From sequence record SRR31156797_17365: a stretch of DNA of 40,973 nucleotides, one strand, 5' to 3'. The notes below the pieces were generated by a model. That model had not been told where the DNA came from and did not search any database. It was given only the letters and a program-made list of their open reading frames with translations. Both the position numbers and the translations under genes were made by a program. Below are positions 19,443 to 28,968 of this stretch, one piece after another (position 1 is the stretch's first letter; every line of letters starts with the position of its first letter).

Positions 19443-20203
19443 GAGATCCCTCCAAATAAGGTGAAGACCGTGGCAATGCCGACACCGATCGCGGCAGCAG
19501 TAAAGATGGCCTCTGTTCCCCGAGCTGTGCCACTAATGAGATGGCCTGCCAAGATATCTCGAAAGGAATTGGTGATTGCTACACCAGGAACTAAGGGCAT
19601 GACGGCACCGATAATCAAATTATCGACGTTTTCTGCGATATGAAGAGAGACCGCTAAGACAGACAAAGTACCGATCAGTAAGGAGGCACAAAACATATCC
19701 AAAAAGCGAATGTCGATCAGTTTCTTGACCCAATACGCACACAAAAAGCCAAGGCAGCCAATGACGAAGGTCGCTAGAAAGTCAAACCAAGCACCGCCAA
19801 AAATAATCATTAAGGTACTGCTGACCACGCCAGCACTAAGAACCTGTAGCCAGTAAGGAAAACTTGGTGTTGTCTGATTGACCTTTTTTAATGCCTCATG
19901 CAGTTCCGCTAAGGAAAGTTTATTTTCCGCATAGGCGCGAGAGAGCCCATTGACGGCAACGATTTTTTCGAGATTGATGACTCGATCATGAACATTTTCT
20001 ACTTGTGCATAGTGGCTACTGCGTAAGCCCATAAAAAGTCCAGTTGCTGTTACATAACTAATACTACCTTGCTCTCCAGCGTTTGCCGCAATTCGATTCA
20101 TCGTATCTTCCACGCGATACACTTCCGAGCCGTTTTCCATCATGATTTTCCCTGCTAATAAGCAGGTCTCCAATAATAGCTCTTTTGATTCAGCCATTTC
20201 CAA
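19439..20203 (-). CDS. Threonine/serine exporter family protein (ThrE)
   Basis: LLAGKIMMENGSEVYRVEDTM, MPLVPGVAITNSFRD. Confidence 0.9.
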   Translation of the reverse strand: MEMAESKELLLETCLLAGKIMMENGSEVYRVEDTMNRIAANAGEQGSISYVTATGLFMGLRSSHYAQVENVHDRVINLEKIVAVNGLSRAYAENKLSLAELHEALKKVNQTTPSFPYWLQVLSAGVVSSTLMIIFGGAWFDFLATFVIGCLGFLCAYWVKKLIDIRFLDMFCASLLIGTLSVLAVSLHIAENVDNLIIGAVMPLVPGVAITNSFRDILAGHLISGTARGTEAIFTAAAIGVGIATVFTLFGGIS

Positions 20204-20474
20204 ACCCCTTTTTCAATCGAATTTGCGTGCTACACTCTTAGTGTACAATTTCAGCGAGTTTTCAACAAGAAAGAAAAGTAGATTTGAAAAATAACTAGAA
20301 CGCCATCCGTTGGATTTTTTGTGATAAATGAAAAAAGCAGAACATTTCCTATTACTAAACATTCGTTTTTAGTGAACAAAGTGAATAGAAATAAGATAAC
20401 GGAAGGAGTGTTTTATTTTTAAAAAATGAATATCTCGGTTACAATTAAATAAATATAAAAAGGGGGATTTATTG

Positions 20475-21041
20475 ATGCGAAGGAAGGTCTATACAAGAGA
20501 ACACATTTTGAAGGCCGCTTATGAACTGATCAATAGAGAAGGTTTTGGCAACTTTACGGCCCGGAATATCGCTAAGCACATGGGAATTTCTACTCAACCA
20601 ATTTATCTTGAGTTCGAAAATATGCAGGACTTAAAAAATACCTTGGTGGAGGCTGTTTTCAAAGATTTATCGGAAAATGTTTTTCCAGTCGTTCGAACAG
20701 GAGACAAACTTGTTGATTTAGGCCTGAATTATATACGCTTCGCGCAAGAGCAGCACAATCTCTACATCGCCCTTTTTATCGACGACTACGGCGGTGGGAA
20801 ATTGATGCATGATTTTTCATCCACCTATTTCAAATCCTTGATCAAATCAGAAGAAAAATATGCAGATCTATCCGAAGATGCGATAAATGCACTACATAAT
20901 GGCGCATGGATCGTTGTGACTGGTTTGGCTTCCTTAATGTCGGCGGGTATCATCACACCCACCGATGATCAGATCATCAAAATCATCAACGAGACGATCG
21001 CAGGCGTAATCGAAAAGAAAGAAAACTATATTTTCGATTAA
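20475..21041 (+). CDS. TetR/AcrR-family transcriptional regulator
   Basis: N-terminal HTH ILKAAYELI..EG...FTARNIAKHMGISTQPIYLEF. Confidence 0.87.
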   Translation: MRRKVYTREHILKAAYELINREGFGNFTARNIAKHMGISTQPIYLEFENMQDLKNTLVEAVFKDLSENVFPVVRTGDKLVDLGLNYIRFAQEQHNLYIALFIDDYGGGKLMHDFSSTYFKSLIKSEEKYADLSEDAINALHNGAWIVVTGLASLMSAGIITPTDDQIIKIINETIAGVIEKKENYIFD

Positions 21042-21125
21042 AGAACAAAAAATCTGTATCCATTTCCATTTTGGATGCAGATTTTTCTTGACATTTTTTG
21101 TAAAACTAGCGAAAATAACTGTTAT

Positions 21126-21213
21126 GGAGAGTTGGCAGAGTGGTAATGCAGCGGACTCGAAATCCGCCGACCCGGTTCATCCCGGCGCGCAGGTTCAAAT
21201 CCTGTACTCTCCT
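21126..21213 (+). tRNA. tRNA-Ser(CGA)
   Basis: GGAGAG/CTCTCC acceptor stem, anticodon arm GCGGA-CT-CGA-AA-TCCGC, long variable arm, GGTTCAAATCC; CCA not encoded; upstream TTGACA. Confidence 0.96.
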
Positions 21214-21236
21214 TATACCAACGCTTTGGAGCGTTT

Positions 21237-21263
21237 AGCCTATCTTTCGAGATAGGCTTTTTT
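21237..21263 (+). terminator. Terminator after tRNA-Ser
   Basis: AGCCTATCT-TTCG-AGATAGGCT followed by a T tract. Confidence 0.85.
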
Positions 21264-21418
21264 GTTTGTTGTGGGCAGAAGAATATAAATGACTGCCGAG
21301 GTTGATCGATAACCATCTGAAAAGCGATTAACCTACACTCGGTCTAGAAAACAGCATAATTGTTCCGTCAACTTGCCGATATCTTTTTTGCTTGTGGTCC
21401 TGCAACAAACGAAAAGAA

Positions 21419-22078
21419 TCAATCGGGCAAACGTGCTAAGGCGTATTCAATTTGTTCAGAAGTAAAGCCTTCAAAGGAAAGTTGGCTCGCCACACGCTCA
21501 TCCGATAAGGATAAATTTTGCGAGTAGCGAATCGCTTTTTTCAATGCTTGCTCGTTCCAATCGGCATCCACGGTGGCTACGGCAAAGTCTGCTGCGCTCT
21601 CAGAAAAATCTTCATAGAGTAGTTGGCGTTTTAAGCTCGACTGAGAAAACGCATTGCTGGATAAGTATCTTTCTGCACGATTCAGTGCATTTCTTTCTTC
21701 ACGAGAAAGTTCAGGTGTATGTTGCTCGTTGTTCGCGGGTTCTTCTTGTTGTGCGCTACTTGCTTCGTTGTTGCCAGCTTTTTGTTCTCCTTGTGGTTGT
21801 TCCATGGAAGCAGCGGCATCGCCAAAGGATTCGCTTTGCCTTGATTCGTTACGTAAAGAAAGGCTTAATTGCGCAGTGATGCTATCGAAAGATGTCACAT
21901 CTTGGTAGAAGGACAAGCCACCATAAGAAAACAAGGCAATAAAAGCGGAAGCGACAATGATCAAAACGTTTCGATCTCGTTTTGCATTTTGTTTTACTAG
22001 CCCAATATAAAATAAGACAATGCCAAAAACGAAACAGAACAATCCAATGAAAAACAAAATGGCGAAAAACGTAGCCAT
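21419..22078 (-). CDS. Ltp-family (host cell surface-exposed, superinfection-exclusion-type) membrane protein
   Basis: Two C-terminal Ltp-type repeats (NALNRAERYL...S...L..QL..E.F...AADFAV; DWNEQALKKA..Y.....S......QL..EGFT.EQIEYAL), low-complexity linker, 2 N-terminal TM. Confidence 0.82.
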   Translation of the reverse strand: MATFFAILFFIGLFCFVFGIVLFYIGLVKQNAKRDRNVLIIVASAFIALFSYGGLSFYQDVTSFDSITAQLSLSLRNESRQSESFGDAAASMEQPQGEQKAGNNEASSAQQEEPANNEQHTPELSREERNALNRAERYLSSNAFSQSSLKRQLLYEDFSESAADFAVATVDADWNEQALKKAIRYSQNLSLSDERVASQLSFEGFTSEQIEYALARLPD

Positions 22079-22307
22079 AAAAATTCCTCCTAAATAAAAG
22101 TCTCCTGAAAAGACAATAGTACTATGTTCTGTACCAGAAAACAGATTTGTCTTTTCATGAATAGAGGAAAAGGATGATTTGACAAATGTAACGTGTATGC
22201 TATTAATGGATCATTCATAAGTATTAAAGGAATGACGCTCAAGAATGACTAGTGAAATAGATGGTAAACTTAATAAAAGCACAGTTGTATCAGCAGGAGG
22301 CAAGAAG

Positions 22308-22496
22308 ATGGATTTTGAAGAAAAAGATTATTTTATGCGTTATACAAAAGTTGCGGCACAGGGATTGAGTAAGTTTATTACGCAAGGATCTGTTGATGAA
22401 ATCTTACAGCTAGATGAACAGCAAAGTGGACAGAAGCAAGAAGTGGATGCTGCAAAAGACAAAAGCGAGCCAAAAAACAAGAAAGCACCTAGCTAA
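22308..22496 (+). CDS. Hypothetical protein (62 aa)
   Basis: GGAGG RBS before ATG 22308; ends in a bidirectional terminator. Confidence 0.65.
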   Translation: MDFEEKDYFMRYTKVAAQGLSKFITQGSVDEILQLDEQQSGQKQEVDAAKDKSEPKNKKAPS

Positions 22497-22520
22497 TTAT
22501 TTCCTTAGCGAGGTGCTTTC
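22481..22520. terminator. Hairpin/terminator between two convergent small ORFs
   Basis: GAAAGCACCT-A-GCTAA...TTAGC-G-AGGTGCTTTC. Confidence 0.65.
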
Positions 22521-22555
22521 AGTACGAATCGGTATCCTTCATTTGGATAAACTCC

Positions 22556-22705
22556 TTATGCAGTTTTTTTCAATTCTTGTACAGCTTGCTCGATCGTAAT
22601 TCCAGTCGCAAAATGATTCGCATCTTTTTTATCGAAAACGATAAATAAATTCAATTTGGTATCCAGAGTTACACGATATTGTAGATCTGTGTTATAGAAT
22701 GTCAT
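22556..22705 (-). CDS. Unannotated 49-aa protein MTFYNTDLQYRVTLDTKLNLFIVFDKKDANHFATGITIEQAVQELKKTA
   Basis: GAAAGGAG RBS 7 nt upstream, open frame to TAA, beta-beta-beta-alpha-like pattern. Confidence 0.7.
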   Translation of the reverse strand: MTFYNTDLQYRVTLDTKLNLFIVFDKKDANHFATGITIEQAVQELKKTA

Positions 22706-23169
22706 AGTCATTCTCCTTTCTTAAAACTTGTCATTGAAAGGCAACGGTTAGTTGATAACGAAATTCCATAGTTAGAATAACACTTTTTTTCACAATAGTC
22801 CAATAAAACTATCAAACGAACAAATCTGACTGATTATTTTCAGGAAATCAATGCTGAAAATGGAAGCAAAAGAAGTTTGCTGGAGTCAGTAAATTCGGGA
22901 AAAGTATCTTTGTATATTTTCAGAAAAATAGAATTCATAAAAAATTTCTTAAGAATTTTGAGGATAGCTATTTTCTTAGATAACAAATTTGTAAGATTGA
23001 GAGTATGAGATGATTGGAAACCTTGATATCATAAGGTTTATCTTCAAATTATGTTTTGTGCAAAAATATATTGATTGTATTTTTTTGAAAAAGAGATCGT
23101 ATCTCTTGAATTCTATGGTATGATTTACTTTAGAAAATGAAAATGGATTATGAAAACGGATGTGAAAAT

Positions 23170-25065
23170 ATGTGCGGAATTGTCGGCTTTGTCAATTCAA
23201 AAGACCAAAAAGAAATCATTATTGAACGCATGATGGACCGGATCGTTCATCGCGGACCAAACAGTTCAGGGAAATTTACCGACGACCGAGTGGCATTAGG
23301 GTTTCGTCGTTTATCGATCATCGACTTAGAAGGTGGCTCACAACCAATTTTTAATGAGGATCGAACAAAAGTAATCATTTTTAATGGTGAAATTTACAAC
23401 TTTCAAGTATTGCGTGAGGAATTGATCCAAGCAGGTCATGTCTTTTCTACCCATGCGGATACCGAAGTAGTCTTACATGGCTATGAAGAGTGGGGGATTG
23501 ATGTTTTGCAACGCCTGCGGGGAATGTTTGCTTTTGCCATCTGGGATACTCAAAAACAAGAGCTTTTCGGCGCGCGGGATCACTTTGGCATCAAACCGTA
23601 TTACTATGCACAAATGAACGGCAGTTTCATGTTTGGCTCTGAAATCAAAAGCTTTTTGCCTCATCCAGATTTCAAGAAAGAATTAAACCAGGAGGCGTTG
23701 AAACCTTATTTGACGTTCCAATACTCGCCTTTGAACGGAGAAACCTTCTTTAAAGGCGTTCATCGTTTGCAAGAAGGGCATTATTATCTGTTTAATGAAC
23801 AGGGATTGACGATCAAGCAGTACTGGGATGCAGATTTTTCAGTGAAAGAAAATCATTCAAGAGAAGAATGGGTCGATAAAATCGATCAAGCAGTCCAAGA
23901 ATCAATTGCCGCTCATCAAATCAGTGATGTTGAAGTCGGCTCATTTTTATCCAGTGGTGTCGATTCAAGTTACGTGGCCTCGGTCTTGCGCCCAGATCAC
24001 TCATTTTCAATTGGGTTTGATGACAAAACCTACAACGAAGCGATCGAAGCCCGCAAATTGACGGAAAAGCTCGGCTTGAACAACACAGCAGCGGTCATCG
24101 ATGGTGAAATGTCCTTTGAGGCATTTCCGCTGATTCAGTATCACTTGGACGAACCGGATTCTAACCCAAGCTGTGTCCCTTTGTACTTTTTAGCCAACCT
24201 AGCAGCACAGCAAGTGCGGGTCGTTCAATCTGGGGAAGGGGCAGATGAATTATTTGCCGGTTATGCTGCCTATGGCTTCCACACAAACTCTAAAGCGGTT
24301 CGCGTTTTTGCCCAAGGCTTGAAAAAACTGCCGCAAAACATCCGCTTTCGTTTAGGGCGTCAAATCGGCAAAATGAAAAACTTCCATGGTCGAATTCATC
24401 TTTATGAAGCAACGGCACCTGCCCAAGACTTCTTTATCGGGCAAGCCCTGGTCTTTGAAGAAGAGGAAGCACTACAGCTTTTAAAACCAACGTATCAAAA
24501 AGGACCATCTGTTGCTGAAATCGTTGCGCCTCATTATGAGAAAGTCAATGGTCTCAAAGACGAGGTCAACAAGATGCAATATTTGGATCTTCATCAATGG
24601 ATGCCGAAGGATATTTTGTTAAAAGCAGACAAAATGTCCATGGCGAGTTCTTTAGAATTACGGGTTCCGTTACTGGATATCGAGATGCAAAAATTGGCGC
24701 AAACGATCCCGACGAAATATTTGATCAATCAAAACAATACGAAAGATGTGTTTCGACAAGCGTCAAACCGTCATTTGCCAAAAGAATGGGCAAACCGTGA
24801 AAAGCTAGGCTTTCCTGTACCAATCAAGGCATGGCTGAAAGAAGGAACAGGGTATGAAGCAGTTAAAGCCCTTTTTGAGTCAGACTTTGCAGCAACCTTC
24901 TTTGATCAAACAGCGATTTTGCAAATGCTAGAAGACCATCGCCAAGGAAAACCGAATCTTCAGCGAAAAATCTGGACGATCTTTACGTTCTTGACCTGGT
25001 ACAAAGTATTCTTTATTGATGAATCGATTCCCGAAGCCAAAGAAATCGTTTATGAAACACTTTGA
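23170..25065 (+). CDS. asnB: Asparagine synthase (glutamine-hydrolysing)
   Basis: MCGI N-terminal nucleophile Cys fixes the start; HRGP, FNGEIYN, LSSGVDSS, SGEGADE, ELRVP. Confidence 0.95.
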   Translation: MCGIVGFVNSKDQKEIIIERMMDRIVHRGPNSSGKFTDDRVALGFRRLSIIDLEGGSQPIFNEDRTKVIIFNGEIYNFQVLREELIQAGHVFSTHADTEVVLHGYEEWGIDVLQRLRGMFAFAIWDTQKQELFGARDHFGIKPYYYAQMNGSFMFGSEIKSFLPHPDFKKELNQEALKPYLTFQYSPLNGETFFKGVHRLQEGHYYLFNEQGLTIKQYWDADFSVKENHSREEWVDKIDQAVQESIAAHQISDVEVGSFLSSGVDSSYVASVLRPDHSFSIGFDDKTYNEAIEARKLTEKLGLNNTAAVIDGEMSFEAFPLIQYHLDEPDSNPSCVPLYFLANLAAQQVRVVQSGEGADELFAGYAAYGFHTNSKAVRVFAQGLKKLPQNIRFRLGRQIGKMKNFHGRIHLYEATAPAQDFFIGQALVFEEEEALQLLKPTYQKGPSVAEIVAPHYEKVNGLKDEVNKMQYLDLHQWMPKDILLKADKMSMASSLELRVPLLDIEMQKLAQTIPTKYLINQNNTKDVFRQASNRHLPKEWANREKLGFPVPIKAWLKEGTGYEAVKALFESDFAATFFDQTAILQMLEDHRQGKPNLQRKIWTIFTFLTWYKVFFIDESIPEAKEIVYETL

Positions 25066-25080
25066 TTTGAATATGGAAGC

Positions 25081-25121
25081 AAAAAAAAGCTGATGCGGAC
25101 AATCCCGCATCGGCTTTTTTT
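25081..25121. terminator. Bidirectional terminator
   Basis: AAAAAAAAGCTGATGCGG...CCGCATCGGCTTTTTTT. Confidence 0.8.
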
Positions 25122-25923
25122 ATAGACCTAAATATTTTTCCAAGTAATCGACCATGCCATCTTCCGCATTGGTTTTGTCAGTAACATCATTGGCGATCGA
25201 TTTTAATTGTTGCGTGCCATTTGCCATAGCAACGCCCCACCCCGCATAATCCAGCATCTCCAAATCATTGTGTTCATCACCAAAAGCGATGATATCTTGC
25301 CGATCCAAAGACAAAGAATCCGCGATCACCGAAAGACCAAGTGCTTTATGGACCCCTTTTGGTACGATCTCTAAGATGGCTTGAGGCCCGCCCCACGTGC
25401 GAACATCGACTGCATCGTCAAATTGATCCTTGATACGTAAAGAAACAGATTCTGCTAATTCATTTTCGGTTTTCACCAGTAATGAAGTGGGATCCGTTTT
25501 TAAATTTGCTAATAGATTTTTTTCGGAAGCATTACCCGAAAAGAAAAAGTGTTGATCAAATCCGCTTAGGTCATCGATGAAAAAGGTTTCACGATTTTCT
25601 GCTGCCACAAACGTCAGGCCCAGCTGCTCTTTTTGTGCCATGAGCTCAAACGCAATTTCTCGAGAGATCGAGTGCTCCATTTCGTTTGCCCAGACTTGTC
25701 GAGGTTTATGGACCAACCCACCGTTAAAATTGACCATTGGTGTTGTGAGCGCCAATTCTTTATAGAATTGATCACTCATACGAAAAGGTCTTCCTGTAGC
25801 GATGGTAACAAAGTGTCCCGCTTTGGTGGCGCGAACCAGTACCTCACGTGTGCGAGGGGAAAGTTGGGATTCAGTATTTAAGGTTGTGCCATCTAAATCA
25901 ATGGCGATGATTTTTGGTTTCAA
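25120..25923 (-). CDS. Cof-type HAD-IIB family hydrolase (YitU-like)
   Basis: AIDLDGTT, ATGRP, KA, FGDEHNDLEML; TTG start. Confidence 0.92.
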   Translation of the reverse strand: MKPKIIAIDLDGTTLNTESQLSPRTREVLVRATKAGHFVTIATGRPFRMSDQFYKELALTTPMVNFNGGLVHKPRQVWANEMEHSISREIAFELMAQKEQLGLTFVAAENRETFFIDDLSGFDQHFFFSGNASEKNLLANLKTDPTSLLVKTENELAESVSLRIKDQFDDAVDVRTWGGPQAILEIVPKGVHKALGLSVIADSLSLDRQDIIAFGDEHNDLEMLDYAGWGVAMANGTQQLKSIANDVTDKTNAEDGMVDYLEKYLGL

Positions 25924-26017
25924 AAGACTCGCTCCATTCTCTTATGGTAGTGGCTTAAGTGTAACATATTTCTGTCATTTCACAATACAAGTAAGTTTTC
26001 ATAATAGTTACAAAGTA

Positions 26018-26093
26018 AAACACGAACATTAAACGTTTTTGGTTCGTTTTATTCGGAAAAAGGTTTGAAAAGCGAAAATTATTCCCTTATAAT
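26018..26093 (+). promoter_or_regulatory. Inverted PurBox pair plus sigma-A promoter of the purine permease
   Basis: AAACACGAACATTA ... TTTTATTCGGAAAA (CGAA-25nt-TTCG), then TTGAAA-17nt-TATAAT. Confidence 0.65.
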
Positions 26094-26173
26094 TTGTAAT
26101 TGTTCGATGAAAAGCGCAATTATTCATTTTTTCTTTTCATAGAAACGATTAAAGTTCAGGAGTGAAACATAAC

Positions 26174-27613
26174 ATGGAAAAGTTTTTCAAATTAAAGGAG
26201 AATAAAACGACGGTTTCCACAGAAGTGATGGCTGGGGTCACCACCTTCTTCGCGATGAGTTATATTTTGTTTGTGAATCCGACGATTTTATCTGCTGCAG
26301 GCATGCCGTTTCAAGCTGTTTTCTTAGCAACAATCATCGCTTCAGTGATTGGTACCCTGATCATGGGCTTATTTGCAAATGTGCCTTACGCGCAAGCGCC
26401 TGGAATGGGACTTAATGCATTCTTCACCTTTACCGTTGTTTTTGGTTTGGGGTATACGTGGCAGCAAGCATTAGCGATGGTTTTCATCTGCGGCCTGATC
26501 AACATTTTTATCACGGTGACTCGAATCAGAAAAATGATCATTCATGCGATTCCAGAAAGCATGCAGCATGCAATCGGCGGCGGGATCGGGATCTTTGTGG
26601 CTTATGTAGGGATCAAAAATGCCAACTTGCTAAACTTCAGTGCAGACACTGCCGCAGTGACGGGTTCAGTTGTCGACGGTGAGACGATCGTGAGTGCTAA
26701 TTTTAATGGGGGGATCGTCCCAGCTTTGGCGAATTTCAATAATGCACCTGTTTTGTTAGCAGTGATTGGTTTAGTAGTGACTACTTTATTAGTGGTGAAA
26801 AATGTTCGTGGGGCAATTATTTTTGGTATTTTAGGAACGACGATCATTGGTATTTTGATGGGTGTGGTGGATTTAAGTGCCATTGATTGGCACGGGAATT
26901 CATTAGGAAGTTCCATCAGCGAACTAGGCATCACCTTTGGGGCTGCGTTTGGCTCTGAAGGAATGGGCTCATTATTCAGTGATTCTGCCAAAATCCCTCA
27001 AGTAATCATGACGATTTTAGCGTTTAGTTTATCAGATGTCTTTGATACGATCGGTACCTTTATTGGGACCGGACGTCGTACTGGGATCTTTTCGAAAAAA
27101 GATGAAGAAGCGGTTGAAAACAGTAATGGGTTGAATACGAAGATGGATAAGGCTCTTTTTGCAGATGCCGTAGCCACTTCTGTAGGGGCCATCGTAGGGA
27201 CCTCAAATACAACGACTTATGTGGAATCAGCAGCTGGCATCGGTGCTGGTGGACGCACGGGCTTGACTTCCGTTGTGGTGGCAGCACTCTTTGCGATCAG
27301 CAGTATCTTTTCTCCACTGATCTCAATCGTTCCCGCACAAGCGACAGCACCGGCGTTGATCTTGGTTGGGGTAATGATGATGGCTTCTTTTGCGGACATC
27401 AAGTGGACTGATCTAGAAGAAGCAGTTCCAGCCTTCTTCGCGTCCATTTTTATGGGCTTGTCTTACAGTATTTCAAATGGGATCGCTGTTGGTTTCATTT
27501 TCTATGCATTAGTGAAAGTAGTGAAAGGAAAAGCCAACGAAGTGTCTCCGATCATCTGGGTCGTCAATGCGTTGTTTATCCTGAACTTTGTCATTTTGGC
27601 TTTGATCAGTTAA
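26174..27613 (+). CDS. NCS2/AzgA-family purine (guanine/hypoxanthine) permease, PbuG/PbuO-like
   Basis: APGMGLNAFF, FDTIGT, TTYVESAAGIGAGGRTGLT; PurBoxes upstream. Confidence 0.92.
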   Translation: MEKFFKLKENKTTVSTEVMAGVTTFFAMSYILFVNPTILSAAGMPFQAVFLATIIASVIGTLIMGLFANVPYAQAPGMGLNAFFTFTVVFGLGYTWQQALAMVFICGLINIFITVTRIRKMIIHAIPESMQHAIGGGIGIFVAYVGIKNANLLNFSADTAAVTGSVVDGETIVSANFNGGIVPALANFNNAPVLLAVIGLVVTTLLVVKNVRGAIIFGILGTTIIGILMGVVDLSAIDWHGNSLGSSISELGITFGAAFGSEGMGSLFSDSAKIPQVIMTILAFSLSDVFDTIGTFIGTGRRTGIFSKKDEEAVENSNGLNTKMDKALFADAVATSVGAIVGTSNTTTYVESAAGIGAGGRTGLTSVVVAALFAISSIFSPLISIVPAQATAPALILVGVMMMASFADIKWTDLEEAVPAFFASIFMGLSYSISNGIAVGFIFYALVKVVKGKANEVSPIIWVVNALFILNFVILALIS

Positions 27614-27713
27614 GTTTAATGATGAAAATCTTTCTGTATTTTAAATGCAGAAAGATTTTTTATTTGATTATTACTCACGATACGGTATAGTATTTGTGAA
27701 AGAAGGTTTGTAA

Positions 27714-28919
27714 ATGAAGATTGATTGGAAACGAAATCTACTGATTTCATGGGTAGGTTGTTTTTTTACGGGTGCCAGTTTTAGTCTTGTCATGCCATTC
27801 ATTCCCTTATATATAGAAGAGTTAGGCGCTCCAGAGAGTCAAATTGAGTTGTTTTCTGGATTAGCAATCTCAGTAACGGCGTTTGCGGCGGCTATCATTG
27901 CTCCAGTTTGGGGAAATCTAGCAGACCAAAAAGGTCGTCGTTTAATGATGATTCGCGCGGCTGCGGGGATGACAGTGACGATGGGTTCTTTGGCTTTTGT
28001 ACCGAATGTCTATTGGTTATTGATCATGCGTTTCTTTACCGGAATTTTATCGGGGTATATTCCAAATGCGACTGCGTTGATCGCTTCGCAGGCGCCTCGA
28101 GAAAAAAGCGGTTGGGCGCTTGGGACATTGGCTACAGGAGCCATCGCAGGGAATTTGATTGGTCCTTCCATGGGTGGGGCGTTGGCGCAATGGTTCGGCA
28201 TGAAAAATGTTTTTATCATTACCGGTGTCGTGCTGCTAATTACGCTCTTGCTCACGATTTTTCTCGTTCAAGAAGATTTTGAGCCGGTTGAAAAGGGCGA
28301 TCTGCTGTCCATCAAAGAAATTTTTGGTCAAATCAAAAATATGCAGTTGCTTGTTGGCTTGTTTATTACGTCACTGATTTTACAGCTAGGTGTAACCAGC
28401 ATCAGCCCAATCCTCACATTGTATATTCGTGATTTAAGCGGGGATACGGGCAATATTTTGTTCGTCAGCGGATTGATCGTCTCTGTTGCCGGTGTTTCAG
28501 CGATTATCTCCTCGCCGTTTTTAGGCAAAATCGGTGATCGTTATGGCAATCACAAAGTACTATTGGGGGGCTTAGTGCTATCATTTTTCTGTTTCATTCC
28601 GATGGGCTTTGTTTCTACTCCGTTTCAATTAGGCGTGTTACGCTTCTTGCTTGGTTTTTCTACCGGTGCCTTGATGCCGTCCATCAATACACTGATCAGC
28701 AAGATCACCCCGATGGAAGGGGTCAGCCGCATCTACAGCTACAACCAAATGTTTTCTAACTTTGGGCAAGTGTTAGGTCCGATGGTCGGTTCAACGGTGG
28801 CAGCTGGTTTTGGTTATCCCGCTGTCTTTTGGGTAACTAGTGGGTTTGTACTGATCAATATTTTTATCTCAGGATTTAATTTCCGTAAAAGCTTACGTAA
28901 AACGGACATCAGTGAATAG
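27714..28919 (+). CDS. MFS multidrug efflux transporter (PmrA/MdtG-like, DHA1)
   Basis: WKRNL..SW.G.F, WGNLADQKGRR motif A, 12 TM pattern. Confidence 0.88.
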   Translation: MKIDWKRNLLISWVGCFFTGASFSLVMPFIPLYIEELGAPESQIELFSGLAISVTAFAAAIIAPVWGNLADQKGRRLMMIRAAAGMTVTMGSLAFVPNVYWLLIMRFFTGILSGYIPNATALIASQAPREKSGWALGTLATGAIAGNLIGPSMGGALAQWFGMKNVFIITGVVLLITLLLTIFLVQEDFEPVEKGDLLSIKEIFGQIKNMQLLVGLFITSLILQLGVTSISPILTLYIRDLSGDTGNILFVSGLIVSVAGVSAIISSPFLGKIGDRYGNHKVLLGGLVLSFFCFIPMGFVSTPFQLGVLRFLLGFSTGALMPSINTLISKITPMEGVSRIYSYNQMFSNFGQVLGPMVGSTVAAGFGYPAVFWVTSGFVLINIFISGFNFRKSLRKTDISE

Positions 28920-28927
28920 TTGAAAAG

Positions 28928-28968
28928 AAAAAAAAACCAGTTACAATAAAGGTAACTGGTTTTTTTTT
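28928..28968. terminator. Bidirectional terminator
   Basis: AAAAAAAACCAGTTAC...GTAACTGGTTTTTTTT. Confidence 0.8.

Noticed and set aside
21122..21316. 64-aa minus-strand ORF
   Set aside because: Antisense to tRNA-Ser and its terminator.
22519..22542. Micro-ORF MKDTDSY* on the - strand with an AAGGAG overlapping the stop of the 49-aa gene
   Set aside because: Only 7 codons; cannot be separated from chance.
21213..23170. Prophage or ICE at tRNA-Ser
   Set aside because: No integrase or phage structural genes, and I found no duplicated tRNA 3' end by eye; at most a relic islet.
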